DNA of 64,000 bases, taken from contig JAFLRQ010000002.1 of NCBI GenBank assembly GCA_022511395.1, positions 4,521 to 68,520 of the forward strand. The letters run 5' to 3'. Positions 10,182 to 18,887 of this stretch are shown one piece after another (within the stretch, counting starts at the first letter, position 1; each line of letters begins with the position of its first letter). This stretch comes from Agathobacter sp. (GTDB taxonomy: Bacteria; Bacillota; Clostridia; Lachnospirales; Lachnospiraceae). The notes below the pieces were generated by a model. It had not been told where the DNA came from. It made no database searches and worked only from the letters and a program-made list of their open reading frames with translations. Position numbers and translations under genes: made by a program.

Positions 10182-11058
10182 TCCTGAACCTCCTTTTCAA
10201 ATGTCCCAAACCGCCCGTCTCACGGTTCTGGTTCGGGTTCTGCAGGTCCACTAGTTTTTTGCGCAGAAAATTCTCATCAACGCCCGGATACAGTTTCCCA
10301 GCCATGGCAATGGACACCTTGCCGGTCTCCTCCGATACAATGATGGTCAGAGAATCACTCACTTCACTGATGCCCAACGCCGCACGGTGCCTTGTGCCAA
10401 GCTCCTTGCTCAGGGAAAGACTGTCCGACACCGGCAGATAGCAGGTAGCCGACACGACGCGGTCCCCGCGCACAATCACCGCCCCGTCATGCAATGGCGT
10501 GTTTTTCTCAAAAATATTGATAAGGAGCTGGCTCGTCAGAATTGCATCCACATCGATGCCCGTCCTCACAAACTCGTTTAAAAGGATCTCGTTCTCCATC
10601 ACAATCAGAGCGCCGGTTTTCACCTTTGCCATGGCAAAGGAGGCCTTGATCAGCTCATTGACGGTTTTGTCCGAAAATTTGCATTCCTCCGTGCGGTTAA
10701 TATTGATCAGTTTCCCGAAGAAGCTTTTGCCGCCCAGATTCTCCAATGCTCTTCGCAGCTCCGGCTGAAAAATAATCACCAGCGCCACCAGCCCGACACT
10801 CAACATATTCCGCGCCAGCCAAAGAATTGTATTCATCTGAAAAAGCGCTGCGACCAGCACAAACAGCATAATAACCAGAATTCCCTTGAACAGGTTCCAT
10901 GCGCGCGTGCTTTTCACCCACAGCAGCATGTGATATACAAGGACAGAAATAATAATGACCTCAACAATATCCACCCAGGTCAGCGCAATATCCGGAAGTC
11001 CCAGTATGGTTGACATCCTGCTATAAAATTCACTTAACTTCCCTGCTAACCCCTGCAT
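10162..11058 (-). CDS. cdaA: Diadenylate cyclase CdaA/DacA
   Basis: Three TM helices; IFQPELR, PLHDGA, GTRHRAA and VSEETG motifs. Confidence 0.95.
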   Translation of the reverse strand: MQGLAGKLSEFYSRMSTILGLPDIALTWVDIVEVIIISVLVYHMLLWVKSTRAWNLFKGILVIMLFVLVAALFQMNTILWLARNMLSVGLVALVIIFQPELRRALENLGGKSFFGKLININRTEECKFSDKTVNELIKASFAMAKVKTGALIVMENEILLNEFVRTGIDVDAILTSQLLINIFEKNTPLHDGAVIVRGDRVVSATCYLPVSDSLSLSKELGTRHRAALGISEVSDSLTIIVSEETGKVSIAMAGKLYPGVDENFLRKKLVDLQNPNQNRETGGLGHLKRRFRNGKKHS

Positions 11059-11087
11059 GAAATCTCCCTTCGCATTTAAAACATTCG

Positions 11088-12149
11088 CTATTTCAGCAGA
11101 TTGTCATCCTCATCTGCATCCAGCTCTCTCGCAATCACCCTCCGGCTGTTGAGCTCCTGTTCCTCGCTGAGCGCCGTTTCCCTGCGTTCAATCCGCCTTC
11201 CCATATTGGCTGTATTTCCAAAACGCTTGACCGTAACCTCCTTGGTTGTCATCAGTTTTTTGGGAACTGCCTTCACATAATAATAATATTCATCATCCTC
11301 AAACTGAACGCGCTCCGCCCGGTCATAGTCCAAGTTCATGAACACAAATTCCAATCCGAACGCAATCAGCATCGAGAAAATATTTCCCAGCAAAAGCCAG
11401 AGCGTTTTCCCGGAAATATTGAGCACGGTGTATCCCACAAACAGTCCGGCAATCTGGATCAGCTCCCCTGAGATAATCGCCAGCGTCCACGCGTGCTCCA
11501 CTTCAAGCCTGCGCACAAGATAGACGACCGCCGCCGTCACAACAAACACGGCAACAAAGAGAAACATCTCCCTGTTGTTCAAAAGCTGATCCACGGATAT
11601 ATCAAATTTCGAGGCAAGCGCCGTCTCCGCGTCCACATCGGTCGGCACTGCCAAAAGCGTCGCTTCGTTCTGGTGAATTCCATCCAGAAAAAAGTACACG
11701 ATTGTCCCGCACACCACTGCGATCACGGAATAAACCTGCCTGAGCAGACCGCATCCTATCGGCATTATGTAGGGAATCCGCAGAATAAAACAAATGGGGG
11801 TGAGCACCACGGCAATCCCATCCTTCGGTGCAAAACGAAAATAGACCAAAAGAATGACCGCAAAAAGTACAAGCGCCGTGAGCGCAGCCTCCAGCGAAAG
11901 CACATACAAATCCAGAAGCACGACAAGCGCCGCCAGCCAAACCATTGCATAGTTCGGCAAAATCGCACACAGCAATGCCAAAATGAGCGCGATCGGCAGC
12001 GTGCTGATCCGCTGCATGTAGCCAATCCTGCTGTTAATTGTCTGAAAAACAATCAATGCGAGTACAAATTTAACGACCGGATACAAATACGATTCATATT
12101 TTCCGTAAATACGAATCATCCGATCCCGGATTTCCAATAATTTTGTCAT
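11088..12149 (-). CDS. Polytopic membrane protein of unknown function
   Basis: 353 aa with many TM segments and a VQFEDDEYYYYVKAVPK motif; GGAGG RBS. Confidence 0.75.
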   Translation of the reverse strand: MTKLLEIRDRMIRIYGKYESYLYPVVKFVLALIVFQTINSRIGYMQRISTLPIALILALLCAILPNYAMVWLAALVVLLDLYVLSLEAALTALVLFAVILLVYFRFAPKDGIAVVLTPICFILRIPYIMPIGCGLLRQVYSVIAVVCGTIVYFFLDGIHQNEATLLAVPTDVDAETALASKFDISVDQLLNNREMFLFVAVFVVTAAVVYLVRRLEVEHAWTLAIISGELIQIAGLFVGYTVLNISGKTLWLLLGNIFSMLIAFGLEFVFMNLDYDRAERVQFEDDEYYYYVKAVPKKLMTTKEVTVKRFGNTANMGRRIERRETALSEEQELNSRRVIARELDADEDDNLLK

Positions 12150-12158
12150 AAAGCCTCC

Positions 12159-12563
12159 CTAAGATCTCTGCTGGTCTTCCCGGTGATACAATTTCCGTGC
12201 CCTCGTCATATGTCCCTCATATTGCTTCAGGCGCTTTCTCCCATTCGTAAAACGGACACTGTAGACAACAACCGTCACAAACAGGTAGATCGCCATAAAG
12301 CCGATATATAAGACGAGCAGGCTCACCGCCAGACTGAAAACATTCAGATTATTGATCAGGGCGTTCACCTGTTCCAGACTGCTCAGCACCCATAAAAGCA
12401 CCAACAACAGATAAGAGATTGTCCCTGAAAAAAAACTTTTGATCAATTCTTTACTCACATAATCCCACATGTAGTACTGCCCTGTCTGCTGGTCTGTTTT
12501 GTCTTTATGTGCATCATACACTGCCATGTGGCACAGCTCTTTCACACGCTTTTCGTTGATCAT
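12159..12563 (-). CDS. Small two-TM hypothetical protein
   Basis: 134 aa ORF with RBS; co-oriented with the next gene. Confidence 0.7.
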   Translation of the reverse strand: MINEKRVKELCHMAVYDAHKDKTDQQTGQYYMWDYVSKELIKSFFSGTISYLLLVLLWVLSSLEQVNALINNLNVFSLAVSLLVLYIGFMAIYLFVTVVVYSVRFTNGRKRLKQYEGHMTRARKLYHREDQQRS

Positions 12564-12630
12564 ACCGCTCCCTCACAGTTAAGTCTTTCCATTCATTATA
12601 TCATACATGTACTATTTTTCAAACAAAAAA

Positions 12631-12656
12631 AAGAATGTGCCTACAGCACATTCTCT
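12631..12656. terminator. Intrinsic terminator after the yvyF-like gene
   Basis: AGAATGTGC-ctaca-GCACATTCT hairpin flanked by a plus-strand A-run (U-tail on the minus strand). Confidence 0.7.
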
Positions 12657-12681
12657 CAACGTGGGCCAACAATTCCATTCC

Positions 12682-13083
12682 TTACAGAAAACGCATCCTG
12701 TCACGTTCCCGGGATGATTTCTTTTCCGGTTCAATCACTCTGGGTCTGTCGATTGCACTCATCAGATCGTTCGTCATCGATTTCTTGCACGCTTCACAGA
12801 AACGACCGGTGCGGATCATTTTGCCGCACTTCTCACAGTCAATTCCTTCCATGGAGGAATCCGAAAAACTCAGTCTCTCTTCACGAATCCACTGCTTGAT
12901 CTGTTTTACCGGCACATCGTTCTCTCTGGAAACCTCGTCCATGGAGGCATTTTTATGATCATCGAGATACCGCTTCACATCCTGAAATTTGTCTTCAAGC
13001 GCCTGAATGCACGCCTGACACAAGCGCTGATTTCCCAAGGAATTAAACAATCTGCCACAGCTTTTACAATTTCTGACATCCAT
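12682..13083 (-). CDS. Flagellar operon protein, YvyF-like
   Basis: CxxC..CxxC zinc motifs, KQWIREERL, second CxxC pair; follows comF as in the comFC-yvyF arrangement. Confidence 0.8.
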   Translation of the reverse strand: MDVRNCKSCGRLFNSLGNQRLCQACIQALEDKFQDVKRYLDDHKNASMDEVSRENDVPVKQIKQWIREERLSFSDSSMEGIDCEKCGKMIRTGRFCEACKKSMTNDLMSAIDRPRVIEPEKKSSRERDRMRFL

Positions 13084-13097
13084 GCTTCTTCAACCTC

Positions 13098-13874
13098 CTA
13101 AAATCCACGGCCGATACAGGCCGCAAGAAAATAGACTTTCTCCACCCCCGCCAGACGCAGCTGGCTGGCTACTGCCTCCGCCGTACTGCCGGTCGTGTAA
13201 ATATCGTCCACCAAAAGGACTCTTTTATATTGTACACTATTTTTTGTGATTTGAAAAGCATTTTTCAGAATATTTTTTCTTTCTTTGTCATTTAATTCTT
13301 TTAAGGGCCTTGTATCGCGCGTTCGGGCGACAATATTCGGCAGATAAACAACCCCCATCTGCACGGCCAGAGCTTTCGCGAGCAGTGCCGCCTGATTGTA
13401 ACCTCTGCGCCGCTCTTTCCCGCGGTACATCGGAACCGGAACTACCGCCTCCACACCGCTCGCAAGCATCCAGTCTCCCCACCGCTCACAGGCTGCCTGC
13501 CGCAAAAAGCGGGCATACTCCCGGCGGTTCGAATACTTGAATCGGTACATGGTTTTTTTGAGTGCGCCGCGGTACTCAAACACGCCCCGCCCCTGCTCGA
13601 TCCAGGAAAATATATTTTGTCTCCGATCCGGGAAATTCTGTCCGGCAATCCCTTTTTGGCAGTCACTGCAGTATTCCTGCCCTTCGCGCTCCAGCGGACG
13701 CCCGCAGTGCATACAGTAGCATTCTCCGACAAATGTCAGCTTTTCCCGGCACGCCGCATGAATGCCCTTTTCAATCTCCTCCGGTGCAAGCAAAGCATCA
13801 CACACAGCACACCGGGGCGGAAATACCATCTGCAGCGCCGCCTCGAGCCATTCTCTCCAACTCCTTCCGGGCAT
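13098..13874 (-). CDS. ComF family protein
   Basis: Double zinc ribbon, RGYNQA, PRTase motif LLVDDIYTTGST. Confidence 0.9.
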   Translation of the reverse strand: MPGRSWREWLEAALQMVFPPRCAVCDALLAPEEIEKGIHAACREKLTFVGECYCMHCGRPLEREGQEYCSDCQKGIAGQNFPDRRQNIFSWIEQGRGVFEYRGALKKTMYRFKYSNRREYARFLRQAACERWGDWMLASGVEAVVPVPMYRGKERRRGYNQAALLAKALAVQMGVVYLPNIVARTRDTRPLKELNDKERKNILKNAFQITKNSVQYKRVLLVDDIYTTGSTAEAVASQLRLAGVEKVYFLAACIGRGF

Positions 13875-13877
13875 GGA

Positions 13878-15071
13878 CTAACCAAGGCGGATCCGGTTCA
13901 CAAGGGCAATCTGCGCGGCTTTTGTCTCAAACTCCGACTCCCTCATCTCCTCGGTCGTAAAGCCAAGCTCTCCCGGCACCCCTGCCTCCACGTACTGTAC
14001 AGCGCCGAACGCTTTTTCCACCGTCTCCCTGTCTGAGTTCGTGCGCACAAAGAAGCGGTTTTTGCTCTCACGATAACTTTTAAGCGCAAGCTTTTCCGAT
14101 TTCCAGTTGATATAGATATTGACATTTGTGTGCTTCACCATATCCACAATGTCTGAGACCACCGCGCTTGCAGTCGGAAGCTTGCCTGCGCCGCTCCCGT
14201 AAAACATGGCATCCCCCAGAACATTCCCGTGAACAAAAATACCGTTGAACACACCGTTGACATTGCACAGCGGATGCTCTGCCGGCAGCATAAACGGCGC
14301 CACCATACAGGAATAGGTTTCCCCCTGCTTGCGGCTTGTGGCGAGCAGCTTGACACAGCGGTTCATCGCGCTCGCGTACTTGAGGTCCACAGCGCTGATC
14401 TTTGTGATTCCCTCGCATAGGATATCCTCATAATCCACCTGTCTGCCGCATACCAGAGAGGTCAGAATTGCAATCTTACGGCAGCTGTCATGTCCCTCCA
14501 CATCCGCTGTGGGATCCTTCTCCGCATAGCCCTTCTCCTGCGCGTCTTTTAAGACGGCATCAAACTCGGCTCCCTCACTCGCCATCTTAGTAAGCATGTA
14601 GTTGGTCGTCCCGTTTAAAATGCCTGTGATCTCCTCAATCTCATCTGCTGTCAGGCACTTGTTCAGCGGACGGATAATCGGAATTCCGCCCCCGACGCTC
14701 GCCTCAAATTGAAAGTTCACGTTATGCTCCCGCGCAAGCTGAATCAGCTCGGCTCCTTTGGCTGCCACCAGATTCTTGTTGCTGGTCGTCACCTGCTTGC
14801 CCGCAAGCAGCATTTCCCGCACGTAAGTGTAGGCCGGCTCCACACCGCCCATGGTCTCCACGACAATCCCGATCTCCGGGTCATTCACAATCACTTGATA
14901 ATCATGGACGATCTTATCCTCCATCGGATCGTCCGGAAACTCTCTCAAATCAAGGATATACTTGACCTCCACCGGCTGACCCGCGCGCTCCGCAATTTTA
15001 TTCTGATTGATTTTCAACACTTCGACAACGCCGGAACCGATCGTGCCGTAGCCCATCACTGCAATTTTCAT
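13878..15071 (-). CDS. hom: Homoserine dehydrogenase
   Basis: GYGTIG, FEASVGGGIP, GILNGTTN and GAGKLPTASAV motifs. Confidence 0.95.
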   Translation of the reverse strand: MKIAVMGYGTIGSGVVEVLKINQNKIAERAGQPVEVKYILDLREFPDDPMEDKIVHDYQVIVNDPEIGIVVETMGGVEPAYTYVREMLLAGKQVTTSNKNLVAAKGAELIQLAREHNVNFQFEASVGGGIPIIRPLNKCLTADEIEEITGILNGTTNYMLTKMASEGAEFDAVLKDAQEKGYAEKDPTADVEGHDSCRKIAILTSLVCGRQVDYEDILCEGITKISAVDLKYASAMNRCVKLLATSRKQGETYSCMVAPFMLPAEHPLCNVNGVFNGIFVHGNVLGDAMFYGSGAGKLPTASAVVSDIVDMVKHTNVNIYINWKSEKLALKSYRESKNRFFVRTNSDRETVEKAFGAVQYVEAGVPGELGFTTEEMRESEFETKAAQIALVNRIRLG

Positions 15072-15095
15072 TTCTTCTCTACTCCTGACTTCTAA

Positions 15096-16343
15096 TTAAT
15101 TCCTTGGCTTGCCGCACTCACTGCAGAATTTTCCGGTATTGACCGTCCCGCACGAGCAGGTCCACTCTCCCGTTGCTGCAGGCATCGGCTTGCCGCACTC
15201 ACTGCAGAACTTTCCGGTATTGACCGTCCCGCATGAACAGGTCCAGCCGCCCGCTGTCTGCGTGGGCTGTGCACCTGCTGCGGCGCCCGCCATCGCCTGC
15301 GGAGCCTGCTGCTGCATCTGCGGAGCCTGCTGCATCTGTTGAGCCTGCTGCTGCATCTGCATCTGTGCCAAATTGTTGGCGGACGCATTCCCCATAAATC
15401 CGCCTCCGGCGTTCATACCCATGCCCACGCCCATAAATCCGGCCATGGCACCGTTGGCGTTGGAACCGGCAGCCTCTAAGCCGCGTGCCACTGCCCCCTG
15501 CACATAGCCCTCGCGGACCGTCGGGTCAGAGAGCATCGCGCCCTGATTTCTCATGTTGATGAGCTTCTGCGACTCCTCGTCATAGGAGAGGCTGGCGATA
15601 CCCACCGCCTGAATCTCCATACCGCGCAGTTGGTTCCACTCTTCATCCAGAATGGAGGACATGTATTTCCCCAGCTCTCTCGCCTTGCTGGTCACAAAGG
15701 AAATCCTTGTACCCTCCGCGGACATCTGGTTGATTGCGGACTGCAGCGCCTCCAAAAACTCCGACAGATACTGCTCATTGATCTCGCCGATCTCCACGTG
15801 GTCCTTGTTTCTCGGAATCGCCTCCGCGTAAAACTGCAGCGGATTCACAATCTTGATCGAGTAGGTTCCATGAGCCCGCAGAAACAGCTCCGCATTGTAA
15901 AACATGTCAAAATAGTTGATCGGCTGCCGCGTCCCGAACTTGATCCCCTTAATTTCCTGCAGGTTGATAAAGAACACCTTCTGCAGCTTCGGAGTTTCCC
16001 CGCCGAAACGGATTCGGTTGAAGGCCTCCTTTAAGCTGTCTCCAAACTCCCCGTTGAACAGGGACGGCAAAGAGGAATTATCCACCTTATAATATCCCGG
16101 CTCTGCGGTGTAATCCACCACCTTGCCTCCGTCTACCAGAATCATAAACTGATTATCGTACACATGGATGATAGAACCGTTGGAGACCGTGTTGTCCGTC
16201 CCTTTCGTATTCTCACCCCTGCGAATCAGCACGCCCTTGGTAAAAACGGTCTGATCACCCATACTTCCCGCCTCAATGACCTCCGGCCATATATCCGCAA
16301 GCCCTCCGCTGACGGCACTTCCAATTGCCCTAATAATTCCCAT
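15096..16343 (-). CDS. SPFH/band-7-like protein (YdjI-like) with tandem C-terminal zinc ribbons
   Basis: KVFFIN..EIKGIKFGT motif, G/M/Q-rich linker, two copies of WTCSCGTVNTGKFCSECGKP. Confidence 0.8.
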   Translation of the reverse strand: MGIIRAIGSAVSGGLADIWPEVIEAGSMGDQTVFTKGVLIRRGENTKGTDNTVSNGSIIHVYDNQFMILVDGGKVVDYTAEPGYYKVDNSSLPSLFNGEFGDSLKEAFNRIRFGGETPKLQKVFFINLQEIKGIKFGTRQPINYFDMFYNAELFLRAHGTYSIKIVNPLQFYAEAIPRNKDHVEIGEINEQYLSEFLEALQSAINQMSAEGTRISFVTSKARELGKYMSSILDEEWNQLRGMEIQAVGIASLSYDEESQKLINMRNQGAMLSDPTVREGYVQGAVARGLEAAGSNANGAMAGFMGVGMGMNAGGGFMGNASANNLAQMQMQQQAQQMQQAPQMQQQAPQAMAGAAAGAQPTQTAGGWTCSCGTVNTGKFCSECGKPMPAATGEWTCSCGTVNTGKFCSECGKPRN

Positions 16344-16386
16344 ATTTCATTCCTCCCTTTCTTCTGTTGATTGTTACTGTTTAATC

Positions 16387-16446
16387 GTGGTGATACCCCT
16401 TCGGGGCACCACAGCCCCCACTTCGTGGGTCCCCCCTTGTGACAAT
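16387..16446 (-). repeat. Dispersed palindromic element, copy 1
   Basis: 16415-16446 matches 55239-55270 at 31 of 32 nt; two hairpins with cGAAg loops on the minus strand. Confidence 0.8.
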
Positions 16447-17220
16447 CTAGACATGATGATAATCAACTTCATAAAAGTTTTGAAGCGACCAAACTTTTAT
16501 ATTGATGAGCTGCACTGCCGACCCGCAGTATTCGCACATCGGATTTCCAAGATTTCGAATCGGGGCGCCGCAGTTCGGGCAGACCGCTCCTACAGCGTTC
16601 CCGGCTGCCGCATCCGCATCCTGTATGTAGATCAGCTCCATATTGTATTTGGTCTGCTGTTTGCGCTCCTTGGAGCCCTCCGTGACCCGTCCCTCCGCTG
16701 TCTTGTAGTGGTAATGCTCCACGGCACTCTGGATCGTGATCACACACTTTCCATGTTCCTTCCGGTAATTCGATATCTCCGTCTGGTGGATCCTGATATT
16801 ATCGTACACCTCCCGGACACCCTTTGCCTGATTGTCGGCGATGCGATTTTCTACCTGACGGCGCATATCCTCCGAAGCGCCCTCCATGCGCCCCGCATCC
16901 TCCGCAGTGATTGCAAGCAGAGCACGAGTCAGCATATTTTCCGCGCGCTGCTTGAATTCCTGCCACACAAAATCCGGAAAATCCCGAACGATCTGCGGCT
17001 CCATCAGCCGGGTCATTCCGGAGACGGATTTGGGTGTAGCCGCCAGCTCATCAGCCTGCCGATTCAGTCCCTCGGTCAGGCTGTTCGTCCCGAACGCCGC
17101 CTGGGAAAACTTCTGTATCTTGTTTCGAAGTGTCAGCACACCGATGCCGATGGACGCAAGCACGGCCAAAAAAACGCCAGCCCCAACAGCCGCCATAAGT
17201 TTAACTGCAAGAGAAATCAA
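16447..17220 (-). CDS. Membrane-anchored hypothetical protein (possibly Tim44-like) with a C-terminal zinc ribbon
   Basis: N-terminal TM helix; CPNCGA...CEYCGS motif. Confidence 0.7.
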   Translation of the reverse strand: MISLAVKLMAAVGAGVFLAVLASIGIGVLTLRNKIQKFSQAAFGTNSLTEGLNRQADELAATPKSVSGMTRLMEPQIVRDFPDFVWQEFKQRAENMLTRALLAITAEDAGRMEGASEDMRRQVENRIADNQAKGVREVYDNIRIHQTEISNYRKEHGKCVITIQSAVEHYHYKTAEGRVTEGSKERKQQTKYNMELIYIQDADAAAGNAVGAVCPNCGAPIRNLGNPMCEYCGSAVQLINIKVWSLQNFYEVDYHHV

Positions 17221-17223
17221 CGC

Positions 17224-18361
17224 TTATACCTCCTCACTGCCCGCACTCTTCGGGCATCCCAAGCTCAGCCATTTGAGGTAGCCGTTGACAAAGAGATCTA
17301 TCCCCCCGTCCATAACCGCGTTGACATTGCCGCTCTCCACACCGGTCCGGTGGTCTTTGACCATCGTGTAGGGCTGCATCACATAAGAACGGATCTGGTT
17401 GCCCCAGCCGATCTCCGTGACCTCCCCGCGGATTCCTTCCGCCTTGGCCGCATTTTCCTCCTGCTTTAAGAGGTACAGCTTCGCCTTTAACATCTGCATG
17501 GCCTTGTCTTTATTCATGTGCTGTGACCGCTCATTCTGGCACTGCACAACAATCCCCGTGGGAAAATGCGTAATGCGGATCGCGGAGGAGGTTTTGTTGA
17601 TGTGCTGTCCGCCCGCGCCGCTGGAGCGGTACGTGTCAATGCGGATGTCCTCATCCTTCACCTCAATGTCCAGATCGTCCTCAATGTCCGGCATAACGTC
17701 GCAGGAGACAAAGGACGTCTGGCGTTTCCCCGCCGCGTTAAAAGGCGAGATGCGCACCAGCCGATGCACGCCCCTCTCGGATTTCAGACAGCCGTATGCA
17801 TTCTCCCCGTTCACCTGAAACGTAATGGACTTGATGCCCGCCTCATCTCCGTCCAGAGAATCCAGCACCTCTAGCGTATAGCCTCTCTTGTCCGCCCACT
17901 TGGAGTACATGCGAAAAAGCATGGATGCCCAGTCACAGGACTCCGTGCCTCCTGCCCCTGCATGCAATGTAACAATGGCATTCTCATCATCATATTCTCC
18001 GGACAGGAGGGTCTTCATCCGGATATTCTCATAATTTGTTTCAAACTCCGTGAACAGCTCCTCAATCTCCGGAATCAGCGTCGCATCGTTCTCCTCATAG
18101 CCCATCTCGATCATCGTCTCGATGTCGTCATACGCGCGCTCCAGACCGGCGCAGGTCTCCACATCATCCTTCAAGCTTTTGAGCTTTTTCATTTTTTCCT
18201 GCGAGACCACCGGGTCATTCCAGAACTCCGGTGCCTCCATCTCCCGCTCCAGCTCCTCAATCTGATGCTTTTTCCCCGCTAAGTCAAAGTGAATCCCTCA
18301 CTTCCTGCAGCGGAGATTTGTAGGCCAAAAGCCGACTTTTGAAATTATCCAATTCAACCAC
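17224..18361 (-). CDS. prfB: Peptide chain release factor 2 with programmed +1 frameshift
   Basis: GTG at 18361 opens a short frame ending ...AGG GAT TCA CTT TGA C (18289-18283). The +1 frame continues DLAGKKHQIEELEREMEAP and carries the SPF and GGQ motifs. Confidence 0.96.
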
Positions 18362-18365
18362 AGTA

Positions 18366-18887
18366 TCACCCCTTTTTTCTTTTTCGTCTATTGTACCAAT
18401 TTGCAAGCCCGAATACAACCAGCAATCCAAGGAATCCTCCGAATGTATCGATCAGCACGTCCGTCACACGCCCTGCACGCCCCGGGACAAAGCGCTGATG
18501 CACTTCATCGGCTGCCGCAATCAAAAGCGTGAAGGTCAGCGCAGCCGCATAGCGAAACAGCCGATTTTCTTCCCTGCTGCCCTCCGGTCTCTCCCGGAGT
18601 GTGACAGTAAAAAGAAACAGCAGCGCAAGGATCGCGAACTCCGTCATGTGAGCCCCTTTGCGCACCGGAAAATCAATGCGGCGCGCCCTCTCCTCAATCT
18701 GTGCATCGGTCATTTCCAGTCGAAACACCCCGTTGAAACCCTCCACAATCCGATAGCTCACCCGCCCGCTGACCTCTGCCGACTCCGTGTCCGGCTGGGC
18801 AGAAAACGCATAAATCAGCGAGATCCACGCCAACAGGAGCAGAAACGATATCCAGAAAAAGACCTGTCTGACAACTTGATTCTTCAA
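18366..18887 (-). CDS. VanZ family protein
   Basis: RKGAHMTEF, DEVHQRFVPGR and DVLIDT motifs. Confidence 0.9.
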   Translation of the reverse strand: MKNQVVRQVFFWISFLLLLAWISLIYAFSAQPDTESAEVSGRVSYRIVEGFNGVFRLEMTDAQIEERARRIDFPVRKGAHMTEFAILALLFLFTVTLRERPEGSREENRLFRYAAALTFTLLIAAADEVHQRFVPGRAGRVTDVLIDTFGGFLGLLVVFGLANWYNRRKRKKG

